NCBI RefSeq assembly: GCF_009914755.1
Contig: NC_060947.1
Direction: 5' to 3' (one strand)
DNA length: 64,000 bases
Source: the human T2T-CHM13v2.0 reference genome, Homo sapiens
Shown: positions 12,396 to 27,790 of the stretch, one piece after another
How the letters are laid out: each line of letters begins with the position of its first letter
Numbering within the stretch: position 1 is the stretch's first letter
The notes under the pieces: model-generated
The model's database searches: none
Told to the model about the DNA's origin: nothing
The model's input: the letters and a program-made list of their open reading frames with translations, nothing else
Translations under genes and position numbers: made by a program

Positions 12396-13167
12396 ACTGA
12401 TCAGTGGGGCAGGGAATAGGTTTGTTGAATGGTTAGAGGCTTGAATGAGTGAGTTGAGGAAGTTGGTAGGGGGTTTGGAGGTGCCAGAGAGTGGTAAGGA
12501 AGAAGAAAGGGTGAGAAGCAGCAGCCCTACTATTAGAGAGGTCCAGAGACTGCCTTTGAGTTCTGCGAGCCTTGGCTTTTCTGACACGTGAGGCAGAGGA
12601 GAGCTGCAATGGGTGACTGGAACAATATCCAACTGTCCAAATGAGCTTTATGAGACGGCCATGCTCAACCACATCATTCCAAAAGGCAGCCAAGCAATCC
12701 TCAAAGAAAGCTATCTGTTTGGGAAATAGGAGACATTAATCTAACAGGGTGGCTTCCAGAATGGAACGTGTAGGAGAGTGTACAATATTCCAAATCAAGT
12801 ATGGAGTCTTGGCAGCACAATCACAATGCAGTCAAACTTTGAGTTCCTGGAGCCCCACTCACCGGCAACTCTTAATTAACTCCTTTTTCCCCCTATTCCA
12901 GCTTTTAGGAAAATGAGGTCAATAAGAAAACAAGTTCGTATCAAAGATTTAGTTAAAAAAAAAAAAAAAGACTTGGAAAGGAGGTCCCAGGTTCAGCCCA
13001 GACTCAGACAAGCTCTCATCCTCTCTACATCTCTGGTTCTGCTGAGTGAGATGTGATCACCCTGAGACCTTATGATCCTCCATTAGGAAAGAATGAATGG
13101 ATCCCAGGGTCCACTGGCTCCCTAAGGGAAGAATATGGACTTAAATGTCTCTGTAGAAAGATTTTCT

Positions 13168-13608
<441 letters not shown>

Positions 13609-16600
13609 CTATGCCAAACCTTGCAGTGAGTGGAAGTTTGTGCTGTACCTATCCATGATCTGATCCAATATTGAGACTCTCAGGGTCCTTGTGTCCCGTG
13701 GAAGTGGGCCCCAAACAGGAAACAGTGGCCTAGGCATTCAATGGCCCAGCTACCCCAACATTCATAAATGTTGCCAAATTCTCTTTCTGACATCCCACAA
13801 CTCACAATGTAGGCTGGACCCAGAGCCAACACGGCAACAGCACCTCACTGAGGAGCCAGGCCCTTTGCTGGCTCTCAGCTGTAGTCTTAAAGGGACATAG
13901 TAACAAAACAGACATGGCTGACCCTACCTTTCTCAGGGGCGACCTTCTAGATGGAGGGTGGCGTAATGAGGACAGGGCCAATTCCCTTCATTTCAGGAGG
14001 CTTTGGAAACCAGCATATTCCCTTTGAGCTGAAAGAAGTGCCTCAGCATTTCCCATTCATCTTTTCCCCTTCAAAAGCCAGACTGGACTCTCTAGGACAA
14101 GAGCCCTTCCTACGTCAGGTTCCCATGGGACAGTAGAACAGAGACTGGGCAAAGTCTGGGCAGCATAACCCCGGGCAGGATCTCAGAGCCCTGATGGCGT
14201 TGGACAGCAGATTCAGGGCGGGTGCGGTAGGTTGGGGGTGGTGATGAGGGGGAACATCTCACTTCCCTTTTTGTTACACTTGAAGCACTGTGTACCACAC
14301 AGCCAGAAGGAAACTATTTATAGGTAAGTCTTCCTTATTTTCTACAGGGAATGTTCCACCCAAAGGTTCGGCAATGTTGCCAGCAAAACACAGGGTCCTG
14401 TGTCAGGAGAAGCGGAAAAAGACATGATGCGAGAGGTGCGGGAGAAGCCACAAAGCAAACACTGGGTTAGGAGCTGGAAAAGGAAATACAAAAAGGATAT
14501 TGAGCACTAGAGCGTTAACACAGTGTTAATGGGATGGTTGAAAAACATCCCTCCCCACTTACTCCTCCACTACGGGCCCCCTCCATCTGAAGCACTGTCT
14601 AGTTCTAATTACTTACTTGTCCCTTTTTCTGAAGAGGCTGGAGGAATAAGGAGGCTGAAATGCCATGGTTTAATTTGTCCTTGCTTCTCGCTTATCTTCT
14701 CTCTTCCCTTCTGGTTCCACTCCAGTGTGGGAGACTATAGACAGGAAGGCCACTGCCACTTACATAGTTACTTTGGTTTCATGGAAAATCCCCAAAGTCC
14801 AGAAGGAGGGAAGCAAGAAGGAAAGACAGAGAAAGAGAAAGTGCCTTGTTCTCTGTGGATCATGTGAACTGCCCTGCATGGCCAGGGCCCAGAGCTCCGA
14901 ATTTCAGGGGCAGGAAAATGGGGAGGAGAATGCAGATGCAGATGCAGAAGGCGATGATGAGTGGGAGGGAGCCCAAGGAGAATCTTGGTGGAGAGATGGA
15001 CACTGTCTTGGAAAAGCAGCTCTAGCAATTGATTTGGGGCAAACTCTGGCACAGAATGATGGCAGGAGCAATGAATTGTGCCTTTCAGCTTCCTCCTGTC
15101 CAAGGTCCCATGTGAGCATCACAAACAATCTCTGAGTGACACAAGGGATGACGGGCGCAACCAAACCTTGTTTTAACAAGGCATTCTACCCCTCCTGCCC
15201 TCACTCAGAGAAGTAAAAAACTGCTCTTGTCAAATCACCTTCATCACCCTAACTTTGGTGGCTCACCATGCTGGGGGGTGGTTTGTTCTGCCATGTCAGC
15301 AGGACTGGAAGTATTTATTGGCGACTTATCCAGGAATGCAGTTTAGCTCAGTGGATCTTAAATTTCATGAACCTTGTGTCAATATTTATGCTTGTCTCCC
15401 TTCCCCTTATGCCTTCCAGCTGGGAAAATTTACCTCCATAATTTTTCCAAGCCCTCCTCTTATTTTCCACCCTCCCTATTGTCCATCTACAAGCAGGAAA
15501 TAGATATACCTGAAAAAGGCGGTTGGTAAAACTAACCTTGGTAAATGGAGTCACTGTCCTCCTTTCCCCTGCCCATGCTAGTTGCCATTATCATTTAATT
15601 CAATTCAAATCAGTTCAATTCAAAGTTGTATGCTTATTCAAAGCACAAGGCACATTTCAAGGAAATTAAAAAAAGTAAATTGGCAGTACAAATCCAAAAT
15701 TGTGCTTCCTTCCAGAATATTCTAGGTCTGTGGCCAATTCAGAAGTCTCCCTACTGGTTAGACCTTAGTGAAATGTTTGCTTCAGGAAAAAGCCTCGGGC
15801 TTGGGGGTGCTTGGGTTGGGGGGTGGCCTGGGGTTGGGAAGGACCATGCCACTACCATCTGGGGCATCATTTCATGGGGCAGAATGAGGCATGCTTTTCT
15901 TCTCCCCACCCTGCCCCTCAACTGGTGCCCACCTAGATAGGATAATGCAGCAGCACGAAACTTAGGGTTTCTGTGGGATCTACCACTCCTTTAACATTGT
16001 GGCTGATAGTGCCAGGAAAGGTCTCTCACCCTGATTCCCTTCCTTAACTGCAGGGCTTTGTAAAGCAAGGGAACAAGGCACAGGTATTTGCTTTCTGAGT
16101 TGCTAGTCCCTTTCTTCCAAGAAGGTGGTCTTTGTTTAGCATGGGCTCACCTCTCCGTGCCAACTTCTCGATCTTTGTCCTTTAGCCAGCTCCTCTCAGC
16201 CTTATACTTATCCCACCTCTTTCAGAGGCAGGTGCTAAGGTTCCTTGCCCTCTCCTACAGACCAACAAGCATCTTCAGGTAGGCAAACAGGCTCCCTCGT
16301 CACAGCCCACCCTTTGGCAATCCCAGTGTCCTGCAGCCTTCCCAGGGGCTGAGAAAGAAAGCAGCAAGACTATGCCACTCTCCACATTTATGTGTCTGCA
16401 CCAGCCCTCCACCAGTCTATCCAGGCCAGCGGGACACTGGCAAGGCCTCTCTCCATCCACTCTGCTCTGTGGAACAGTTCCAAGAGCCGAAATTCCAAGC
16501 CATTTTCTCTGGCAGTTGCCAGGGTTACTTTGAGTAGCATGTGAAGGACTTGGGGGCTATTGGCAATGCTTGGAAGACAGCAACCAGGAGGATCTTGTTG

Positions 16601-19600
16601 GGGATGGGGGTGCAGCAGACGAGGGGCTTGTGAAGAGGGCAGGAGCACCTGCCTCCATTGTGGGCCTCGCTATAGAATGGGTGATCTTTGAAGTGGCAGA
16701 GGTTCTCTAGGGAACAAAAGGATGGTTAATAATGCTGGGCTCTTTAGTTCCTTGGCTGTGATGGGTAAGCACTGTGAGCCTCCTAGGGCCCTCGCTTACC
16801 TCACAGCAGAGCTATTCACCATGAGCTCATTTGAGGTAGCTCCTTGATTCTCAGTTGTGGGACTCTATCACATGTGAAGAGGGGCTCTGCAGATTGCAAA
16901 GGGCCTCTGGCTCTCCAGTCATCACCAACCGCTGCCTCCCACCTTCCAGGATGGATAGAAGGCAGCCTAGCTGGGGTGGGGGCAGTGGCAGGAGGAGGCA
17001 GGGGGCACACTATTGCCAGAACAGAAAGAAAAGGAGAAACAGGGCCAGCTTCTCCCTGGGGAGGGCCCCCCAACCATGGGAACAGCACCAGGGATCTCAA
17101 AGGAGTGTTGGAAGGGCTTAAGGAAGGTCTCCTGGCCTGGTTTGAGAATCACTGACAAGGAATACACACAACTTCTCGGAAGAAAGAGTAGCATGGAAGC
17201 ACGTGCATTTGTGCAAACACCCTCTCCAGCCTTTCACACAGTCTAATAATTCACAGATAGCCAGGCAGAGTGGGGCATCCGCCCCCCTTCCCCTATGTTG
17301 TCACCTTCCCCATGACCCCAAAGGGACAGTAAGGCCACAAGACATAGCAAGATAGCAATGCAGGACACTCTAGCCCATGCCAGAATGTCAAAAGTCATGG
17401 CCTCTGCGCTCTCTGACATCCAGAGCTAGCTGTGTGCTGTGCAAGGGTGACAGGTGACAGGGTCTTAGGGGAAGCTTGAGGTGGTATTCAGATGGACACG
17501 GGGGAACCAATTTGAAGCCTCATACTGCATACTGGGAACGGGAAGTCCTGGCACTGCCAGAAGCACAGTTTTCAAAGATATCAATCATGCATTATAATGG
17601 GCTCTTTTAAATGAAGGAGAAATAAAAACAAGTACCATTTGTGCACAATCAATCATATGGACGCCTAAGAAATGATTCCCACAGGCTCCTCTTGAGGACA
17701 GTTCTAACTAGAGCCAGTCCTGGCATAGAGGCCCTCTGTGACTTGAGAAGTGTGATCTGAAGGGTGGTGAGAAAAAAAAAATCCCTCTCAGTCAGAGCTG
17801 TTTTCCAGACCACTACTGTGGTCCTTACAAATGCCACCATGAGAATCATGCCTTTGGATTCCAATGATCTCTCCTGGAGTTCTTCATTTATACTTTGAGG
17901 AATGAGAACGCCTTCTTTTCCAATGCAAAAAGCCCTGGGAAGGTGCCATATTCAACACTATCAGTTCAAATACTTCAGTATGAACTAAATTATAGTATTA
18001 CTTTCAACAGAGTAGTCAGTGGCCAATCAGTGTCAGCAGACAATTGGACACACAGCAGGTAAACCTTGATGGTGGGCTGCAGTGGGCCTAAGGGAGATTG
18101 TGGAAAATGCAGGCGTCCTGGGCTGCAGCCCTAGCATGTCTAGTGGAATAGGCGTGGGGCGGGAGAAGGGTATTTCTCAGGTGTTTTGGACGCAGCTCTT
18201 TTGACACCAGTCCATGGAATTGCTTTTAGGAACTGCTGGCCTAAAGGTAAGAGCCAAGAAAGGGTCTATCTGAAGAGCCCCTATGGTGCCAGGGGCACTG
18301 AGACCCATTTCGTGTGACACATTCGGACGAGGCTTGGCATATTCTAGGCCTGCTGTCTGTTCTGCCCTTTCTTTCCCTCTCACTCCTGAAGGTTTGACCA
18401 GAATGTGAGTGAGATCTACTATGAGAGAGATGATCCTGAACATGCTGTGATTTATATTCAAATCTTTGGCAATTTTTGCCTCTCTGTTAAGAGGAACGGA
18501 TGCCTTTTAAGATACTTCACAGCGGTCAGTGGAAACTCTCAGCCTGGCAGGTCAGGGACATGCGGCGGGGGAGGGGTGGGCATCGTTGTGGGAAAGAGAG
18601 AACCCAGCATAGAGAAGGGGAAGGGACTGGTTTTTCTCTAACAGCACAGTTTGGTCAATGAACCGGCCCAACCTCCCTTCTACAGGAACCAGCTCTTCTC
18701 CAGCCTTGTGGCTGTCACTGCCCGGTCAAACCTGGGTCAATTCCCAGGTGAGCTGAAGGGGTGTGACTCATTCCCCCCTCAAAAACCTGCTGGGGCTGAC
18801 TATAAAGACTTGCCAGGATCTCTGCAAACATGCCTGTCCCCACCCTGATCCAAGCCTGGAACTCACCCCTGCCTACCATCCTCACCCCATTCCATTGCTT
18901 GTGAGCCCCTCCCTGGCAACAAGGCCATCTCCCCTGCTCGCTGACTCCCCTCTCCAAGGGGGAGTAGGAGGGGAATTTACTGTTGTCTGTGGTATGCATC
19001 CAGACTGTCTTTTGGCCTTATTTTATTTTATTTTATTTTTATGTTTAATTTACATTGTTTGCTAGGTTTGGGCTTAAATAAACAAAAGCTATGCTTCTCC
19101 CCAAGGCCTAGACTTCCTGGTTGCCTGCCAGCAACAGAGTGACCCTTTTAACCTCTTCTCTTGCTCCTTGAGACATTCAGTGTTGGGGGTGGGGTTGAAA
19201 TAAAAAGATATTTAGGGTCAAAAACCTGGAAATTCTTAGTGCCAGCCTAAAATAACATCCCCGGCCCTTGCCGGCATTATGAATGTTAAGCACTGAAGCC
19301 ACCTTACCAAGGACAGGGTTCTTTTAAAGCCCACAGCAAGATTGCAAAAATAAAGCACATAAATGGAAAATTCTAAGTATTGGCATTGATTTCTTTTCTT
19401 TCTTTCATCTTCTTTTTTTTAATCTACTCTACAGATGTCTTCGTACCACCAAGCAAAGACAGAAGTGCCCAGGTCTCTGTGGGTGGGGCCTCTGTGGCAC
19501 GAGCAACCTTAAAGACCTATAGACACCAGAGCATGGTGGGCCTGACCAAGAAGGCTTCCTGCCAAAGCTCATACACCTTAAAAAATAAAAGGAACACTAG

Positions 19601-22600
19601 CCCCTATGTCCTAGGGATAGAGCTCTAACAGCAAACTAACGAATCCTGGTCAACAGTTCTGACATCCTGTTATTTGCTAAAACTAATAATACCATGGAGT
19701 TTGTTGACAGAGTTGCAGAAGAGCTAAAGTAAATATGGAAACCGAGGAACAGCCAAGTATAGACAGTTACTAGCTCAGCAGTTGAGGGGACGAGAGTTTC
19801 ACAGATACTCCTTGGACATCTTGGGGCACCGGGGACTCAGCACGATTGGGAGATAACCCAGAAGGCATTTGTCATGTCACAGGGTGATTTATCTCCAACA
19901 ATAGGCTGCTGCAATGATGGGTTTGGCCTACAGAGCTGATACTGAGCTCTCAGACAGACAGCAATGATATGAAAAATTGAGAGGGACTCCCTTGATGCAT
20001 TTGTGAAGGGAGTTATGCCCCAAGAAACATCACTTTAGTTCCCATTTTAAACGAACGTGTTCAAGTGGGAAGAAAATATGTCAGAAGGCCAGAGTTCTTT
20101 TCCACCTTGGCCACTAGCCAGCTGGCGACTTCATGGAAGACCTCTAAACTCTCTATGCTGCTAGATCCGCATCCCTGAAATGGGAGTAATGCCACACAAG
20201 GTATGTATGTTTTATGGATACCCTAATGTCTGGAAACATAAACAAATCATTTTATTTATTTTTTTTTTTTACAGATTAAAGATGTCTTTGATGACTTTAT
20301 AAATATTTACCTATGGACTTTATGGACACCCTGTAGGTAGCATAGCTGAGCTCTTTGGAGAGCGAAAAAAAGGGCTACGTGAATGTGATAAACTCTATGA
20401 TAAATAGAAATTCTGGTTCCCAAACACCGCTGGCAAAATGGCTCCCCAAGTGAACAGCCCTTTTCACACTGTTTCAAATTCGTCTTTCTAACCTTCTGTC
20501 CAGTTTCAATGTTTGTTCTCATGGTTTCACATATACTGCTATGGGGAGGGGGTAGTTTGAGAAGTTGTTGTTAAAATGGAGTCTATATTTAAATTATTCT
20601 CCTGAAGGTCCTAGCAATGTTTCCCTGTATGTAGAACTTCTAATTTGCACAACGTTTTGACCCGAAGAACCACTTTGATAGTACAAACAATCAGTAATCA
20701 GTAAGACCTCTATTCTTTCTAGCACGACTGAAGGCACAGTCAGACAGGACCACGACTGAAAATGGGCCGTGCAAGGTCTCAAGTGAGCACTGATTGGCTT
20801 TCTAGACTAGAATATAAACCTTGTGAGGGCAGGGGCTTATCTTATTTACTACTGTACACCTAAGGCTTGGACCGGTGCCTGGCACACAGTACAAATGCAG
20901 TAAATACATGCTTAGTAAGAAAAAAAAAAAAGGTTATGTATGTGTTAGGACTTTGCTAATGGCCTCGTGGAGAACTATAGGCACATTCATGAATTAGTCT
21001 TCTGTTAGTTAACACTTTAATTTGGGGACAATCATTGTCTGAGAGAAACTGTGCAGTTACAAACACAAAAGACCTGTGAAAATCAAACATACTTGGGAAA
21101 CCCAAACATAGTTTAATTGAGTAAGTGGCCGCTAATGACCTGGAAGCAAGGCTCAACCACTTAAACAAAAGGGATAATTCACCCATGTGTGTGCTCCTGG
21201 TTCTCCACTAATGCTAGGACTTTGGTCAGTTTCCATCTTTAGCTAAAGGCGCTGGGTCAGTTGGGAATAGGTCACCCACAGTGAGCAGTAGAGGGTGATA
21301 AAGCCCAGGAGCAGGGTGGCCAAGTCTCAGCTGGCACCAATATCAAAGAGGGATTTAGGGCTAGCAGGCCTGACGCTCTGAGTGAGTGGCAGCCATACAG
21401 CTGGAATGATGGGAGTGGGGGGAGGACAAAAACCATCTGGACTAAAAATACTCACTAAGATAAAGGAAATTCTCACCATTAATGTCACCCTTGGGTTTGA
21501 AGTCTTGAGGTGCCCTGTTAAAATGGAAAATCTTTCTCAGAAGGGGAATTGTTTAGTTTTTCTCAGGGAAGGGATGTGATGACCTGCCTCAGCTTGGTCA
21601 GAATAGTGGGAGGGGCTTCTGGGAGAAGCAACCCAGGCTGGCTAAGTATAGACTGGTGGGGTGCTGCCTAGGGTGGGGCCTCACAATGGGTCCTGGTTAT
21701 CTGGTGGCCTTGGGATTTCAGGGGACAGGCAAATGTGGCCAAATATTGAAGACTCGCTGGCAAGAAACCAAACTGCCTCTGAGTGGGCAGCTTTAAGAGG
21801 AGTAGAGTTTAGGGCAAAGGAGATTGTTTTCTCCTTCTGTTCTTGGTAAATGAAAGCAAGCTGTTATGAAGATGTCGTGAGGAGCAGCAAGGCTGCCTTG
21901 GGCATATTGGGGATGTTAATCTTCAGTGCTCCCTGCCTGGGAGACCCCGTTTGCTTGCTCATCAAAACATCCTCCCTGGGTGCATCCTCCCCCAGCTCTA
22001 CTGCCTCATTTATACGGTGGCATAGCTGAGAAATTAACCCCCAGAAGAGTCTGTGGCTGCTGGGGTTGATGGATTCTCCTTCCCTGGGGTAATTTCTTTT
22101 TACCAAGAGCCTGCTGCGAACCCAAAGGAATGAGTCTAGTGGGAGAAATTCCAGGCAGAAGGGCAGGACGCTGGAGGAGCTTTCTTTGACCATTTTCTGC
22201 TACTTTCTGCTGGCAGTGGCCTTCTCTGCCTGTGAACTAGGCAGCCCTGGCAGCAGAAACAATACTGACACTAGAGCTGGCGAGGGAAGCCCTTGCCCCT
22301 CATCACCACTCCTTTTTGCCCTTGTAAAATTCTGGAAAAACCTCAGCCCTGGAGCTCCCTCTAGTTTGACCAGGTGATAGCCAACTCCCTGACACCAGGC
22401 AGAGCTGGGCCGACAGAGGGAGGCAGGGGAGTGGGGCTGGGCATCCCCCTCTCCACCCCCGGGGCCCTGTTGTGAGGTGTTGACAGCTGGGAGAGGACCT
22501 GAAACCAGTTAGCCTGGGGCTCCCAGCCAGCAGTGTATTTTCATCTTGTTTTGACTGGGACCGTCCTCCCCTGTGTAAACACATCCATGTCAGGGGGAAG

Positions 22601-22804
22601 AAAATGTAGAACAGCTTAAAATAAGTGGGCGGAATGCCTCCCACTCATGAATCACCAGTGCAGGGAATGCCCCGCAGGTGGGCCTTGCTTTAAGCAAACC
22701 TGACATTATGAAAATTTTAACTTAACAAGAGGGCAGGGATGGACAGCTGTTAGGACTTGACCTACCTCTGGGAGATCTCAAAGCCTCATTGGGTCCAAAT
22801 AATA

Positions 22805-23020
22805 TCAGCAGCTCCCATGTACTGATTGCTTAGTGGGCACTGCGCTAAAGACATTAGATAACGTTAATTTTTTGAATCTTGTCAACGCTGTTAGGAGTTG
22901 GGTATTACCTTATCATTAGACCCATTTTGTGGATGAGGAAACTGAGGCTCAGAGAGGTTAAATAACTTGCCTGGGATTACACAGCAAGCAAATGGCAGAG
23001 ATCAGATGAAACTCCCTGGT
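22805..23020 (-). mobile_element. MIR
   Basis: CCCATTTTGTGGATGAGGAAACTGAGGCTCAGAGAGGTTAAATAACTTGCC. Confidence 0.8.
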
Positions 23021-25573
23021 GTGTGATTTTAAAGCACTGGGCTGCCTCTAGCTGGAGTTGTGCTTTGTTTTGAGGAGGGCTCCAGGCCCAGCTGCACTCC
23101 AGGCAGCAACTGGAACCTGCACTAGTGTTCCTTCCCACTGAACTCCCTTCATACAGCTGCAGAGGAATTTGAAAAGGGTCCTTATCAGGGTCATGGTGGG
23201 GAAGGCCTTTGGTGGGGCCTGTTTCTTTCAATTGACTAAAGGATTCCCAAGGCAATTAATTCCCTGGAAGAGTAAGCCCCCCCGGAATGCCAGGATGGGA
23301 TGGGTCATCTCCATTTCAATTCAGGGACTAGCAGATTGTTTATGGGCAGCTGCTTGACCATTCTCAGGACAGGCCACTCAGTAACTGCAAATAAGTACAA
23401 ACTACCAGACACCAGGCTGGGGAGGGGACAAAAGACCAGTATAATCCAGTATAAGCAAAAACCAAATGTAAACACATATTTTGAAACAAAATGTCACCAA
23501 TCACGGTCTGTGCAGGGCTGGCCCCCAGGGTAAACTGTGAAGTAGGAGTCTGTCTTCAGAACCTTCCTGCTTCCTTTTCGGGTACCTTCCTCCTGCCTGT
23601 TCCTTTATGCCACCTGTGCCCTCCTGCTGCCTGGAGTTTCATGGGGCCCATAGCTTCAGGGGTGCAGTAGGGGACCTGCCTTCCTTAGCAATGCCCGCTT
23701 TAAGAGAGACTCCCAGTCTCCTTCACAAAAATCAAATGTAAATGGCCTTCGGGCCAGCCCTAAAAGACAAATCGAAGAAATTTGTTTGTGTAAATTGTAG
23801 GTAATGGCTCAACAGGTTTTTCTCAGTCAGATCACAGGGGCTTTAATCCAAAGATTTCAGTCAATGCTATAACTTTAGTCATACGTGGGGGATGGTAGGG
23901 AAAGAACAAGCTGGAGAGATGCAGCATTGAGAGAAAGATTGCTTATCAGTGATGTTCAAATCTTGCCAAGTTGGCCACAATTGACTGTGACTCTAGGTAA
24001 GGCTGGCTGCATGAATGTACAGGGATGAATACTACGCTCTTATGCTTGTGCCGTATTCTTCCAGAGCACGGTGGAAAGAGCACTGGAATAGTAGTCAGGA
24101 AACTTGGGTTCTGGCCTGAGTTTGCCCCTGACTACCAGAACAAACAACCTGGAAAAGTTCCAGAACCATTCTGGGCCCATTTCCCCTAATTGTAAAATGA
24201 GAGGGTTGAGGCTGCAAAATTATATTTATTTAGGTGCTTTTTTGATGAATGATACCTCTATTTAGACTGGGAGCTATATCCAAAGTTTCCTACAACAGTG
24301 TCTGGCATATAGTATGTGCTCAACAAATGGATTATGTTGAGTGAAATGAATGAATGGATGGCAAGAATGACTTCTAAGGTGGTTGCTCAGTTCTGACAGT
24401 CTCAGTCTCGATCTCCTCAGATGCAGCTATTTGCAACCATGCTTCTTCAGTCAAGAGGCGTTGGCCAAGAGCTGGGTGAGGTCTTCAGGCCCTCGTCCTC
24501 AGGACCAGATCATGTCTGCCCCCATGGGGTACAGGGGCAGCCTGCGCTGGGGATAAGCAGATCTGAGACAAAGGCAGCAAGCAAGAGCTTCCAAGAGGTG
24601 CGGAAGGCTTGCAGGATGCTAGATGGGGGTGGGGGGAGGGAGAGGGCTGTAGGAAGGGCAGGGTAGGTCAGGAGGAGGAGCCATGGGAGTAACTTTTACA
24701 TTTTCTGTAAAACGGGAAACCTAGATAACAGAGACCTGATGGGTGTCTGGGCTGAGGTAGGGAAAAGTGCCGAGTCGCATGGTGACTCAAGGTCAGGAGC
24801 TGGAATGGGGCCCAGAGCTCTCAAGCCTCTGCTCACCCGCTTGGGACTGGCCCTTGGCTCCAGGCCAGCTCCCTGAATAGTTCCCCCAACCCCCACCCTT
24901 CCCCTCCAGGATTTCAGCTTCATAGGCCAATCTGCTTCCTTGTTCAGCCACTGCCTCCACTGCCCTCCCCTCCCCTCCCTCTGCCAAGGCTACATGGAAG
25001 CCCTCCCCCAAACTCCCTCCAAGGACTCAGCACTGGGGCCCAGTGCAGTCACCCATTAGAGCTCTCCAAGGCCAGGCCAGCTTCTGGGCAGACTGGCCCC
25101 CCTTCCCAGTGTTGCCCACATTCACACTCTGACAGAACTCCTCCCCTCCTTATGCAAAAGGAAGGAGGCTTTGCCAGCGCTACCTTCCTCCCCTTCAAAC
25201 ACACCCCCGCCCTACTCCAGCCTCCTCCATCACCCAGGCCTCTAGGGACACTCCCAGACATTATTCTCAGGTGCCAAGATGTTCTCCCTTTCCTTCCCTA
25301 CTCTTTCCTTCAGCAGCACCCTTTCACATTATAACAGGGGCTGCAGTTCCAATCCGAACGAGTGAATCTTCAGGGGTGAAACTTTAAGTATTAGTGAGTT
25401 GGGAGAGAGAGAGAGATTTATGGGGCAGAATTCCTTCCCAGTATTCTTGACATAACACTATGGAGATAGTTACCTACTCTAGATACTCATTAGGCCAGTT
25501 CTGGACTTTGCTGCCCTGGGAGTCGGAAGGCTAAATTTCTGGTCCCATCTCTGCCATTAAAATAGTCCATGTA

Positions 25574-25877
25574 GGCTGAGTGGGGTGGCTCACACCTGTA
25601 ATCTCAGAACTTTGGGAAGCCAAGGGGGGAGGATCGCTTGAGGCCAGGAGTTCGAGACCAGCCTGGGCAACATGACGAAACGCCGTCTGTACAAAAGAAT
25701 TTTTAAAAATTAGCCAGGCATGGTGGTGCACACCTGTAGTCTCAGCTACTCCCGGCCGAGGTGGGAGGACTCCTCGAGCCCAGGAAGTCGAGGCTGCAGT
25801 GAGCTGTGATTGCACCACTGCACTCCAGCCTGGGTTGATAGAGTGAGACCCTGTCTCAAAAAAAAAAAAAAAAAAAA
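25574..25877 (+). mobile_element. Alu (AluJ-like) inserted into a MIR
   Basis: Dimer with poly-A; MIR-like sequence resumes at TGTAACCCTGAGCAAATCAC. Confidence 0.93.
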
Positions 25878-27534
25878 TTATCTGTGTAACCCTGAGCAAA
25901 TCACTGCATCTCTCTGCATCTGAATTTCATCTGTCAAGTGGGGGTAATCACCCCTGCCCTACCCACCTTGGCAGGACTGTTATGAAAATTAGAGACAATG
26001 TGTGCATGTGTGCATGCACAAGTGCACAGGCATGCATAACATAGAGAGAGAGCATGCGCACTTTCTACATGGCAAGACCCTGGACAAATATTAGGGATTA
26101 TTATCCCTATTCCCACCTCCACTGCAATGTGCTTGAAGTACTCATTCAGGTTACTTGGTAGAGCTCTCTTCACAAAAAAAAATGCCAGTGTACTTTAGGC
26201 CTGTCCCTTTCTTCTCTCCCAATTTCTGTCCCTCCCACAAGGCTTGGCCCTTAGCTACATTTGGCCTCCTGCACACCTCCACCCTGCTTTAAGAACATCT
26301 CCCACCCAACCCTCATCCCCCTCACCATCCATCCTGTCCCCTCAAGCCTTCCTCCACCAGCTGAGGACTTCTTGCCATGCTCTCTCCTTCTCTTGCTGCT
26401 GTGCCGAATGAACCCGTTTTCCCAGCCCTGACCTCGGGCCCTCTCCATCAAAGCTTTAAAGAGGAAGGGACTCTGGGGAGTAATGACTGAACTTGACAAT
26501 TTTCTACAGAGACTGAGCACAATGTGGAACACCCAGCATGTGCTCCAAAAACACACCATTGTTTGGTTACTTGCGCTGGGGAAGATGTTTGGGGTGGAGT
26601 CTGCTTTGGGGCCCCTGAAATCTTGCCAGATAGACAACTGCCTGCCCCACCTCTAGGTTCGGCAGGCACTGCCCGTCTGCTCTTCCCACCCATTTTTCCC
26701 TTCACCTCTCAACCCGGAGAATGGGCTGGGCTATTTCATCTCTAGGACCTGCACATTAGAATGTGATTTCAGTCCTCCCTGGCCTAGTGCCACTGAGTTT
26801 CTCTGGTCTCACCACCTTTCCCCCAGGGATGAGAAGCTAAGGAGCAGTCTGGGGCATCCTCTAAATTTCCCAGCACAAACAATCAGCTCCCTCTGCAGGG
26901 CCACACCCAAGAGTCCTCTCACCTGAAGAAACCTGGGCTTCCCTTCCCAGAACTGAGGGTTTTTGGGCTTTGACCTAGGGGCTGGAAAATCGGGCCCACC
27001 ATAGTACAGTGTGTATCTTAACAGCTCTGCTCCTATACACAGTGATGACATTCTCCTTGGCTGGAACATCTCTTGCTCTGAAAAATACTGGCGAGAGTGT
27101 GTCTCCCAAATTGTGGGGGCAAAGCCCTTGCTTTCATCCAAATATTCCCTCCAGGCTGCATTTCAACCCTCCTCTTCACAAAGAAGGAAATCATAAGCAA
27201 AAGGTGACCTTGCTAGATCTTGCCAGGGAACTGGTGACAGGGTGGCAACGCATGGTCTCATTTTTTGGCCCCTGCCACCTGTCTGTCTCCCTCCCTCTGT
27301 CTGCTGCTGGGGTCCCATGTTGGCAGGCAAGTTGGGAGGAGATGGAACTCTCTGGAGAGGCCATCTGGGGAAGCTGGTCCTGTAATGGAGGTGAAAAATG
27401 TGGTCTTGGGGGACCAAGCCTCAGGCAGGTGAATGTGAAGACTCTGAAGCAAGTGAGGGAAGAGGGAAGTGGCAGGTTGGCAAGAAAGATCATAAATTGT
27501 CACATTTTTTTTTACCAGTAATGGTAAGAGTAAT

Positions 27535-27634
27535 AACAATAATAATAGCTACTACTTATTGAGAGTTTATTATATACCAGGCACTGTGCCAAGCACTTTT
27601 CACGCATTATTTTATCTATTGTTCACAACTCTAC

Positions 27635-27667
<33 letters not shown>

Positions 27668-27790
27668 CAGATGACAGATGAGGAAGCAGAACCTCATAGA
27701 GGTTGTAACCAGCCCAAGGTCACACAGCTAGAGCTGGGATTTGAGGATCCAGTTGACTCTAGGACCCACACTCTTCCCCCTTACCCGACC
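27535..27790 (-). mobile_element. MIR interrupted by an A28 tract
   Basis: AATAATAGCTACTACTTATTGAG...CAGATGAGGAAGCAGA...CCCAAGGTCACACAGCTA; poly-A at 27637-27664. Confidence 0.8.
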
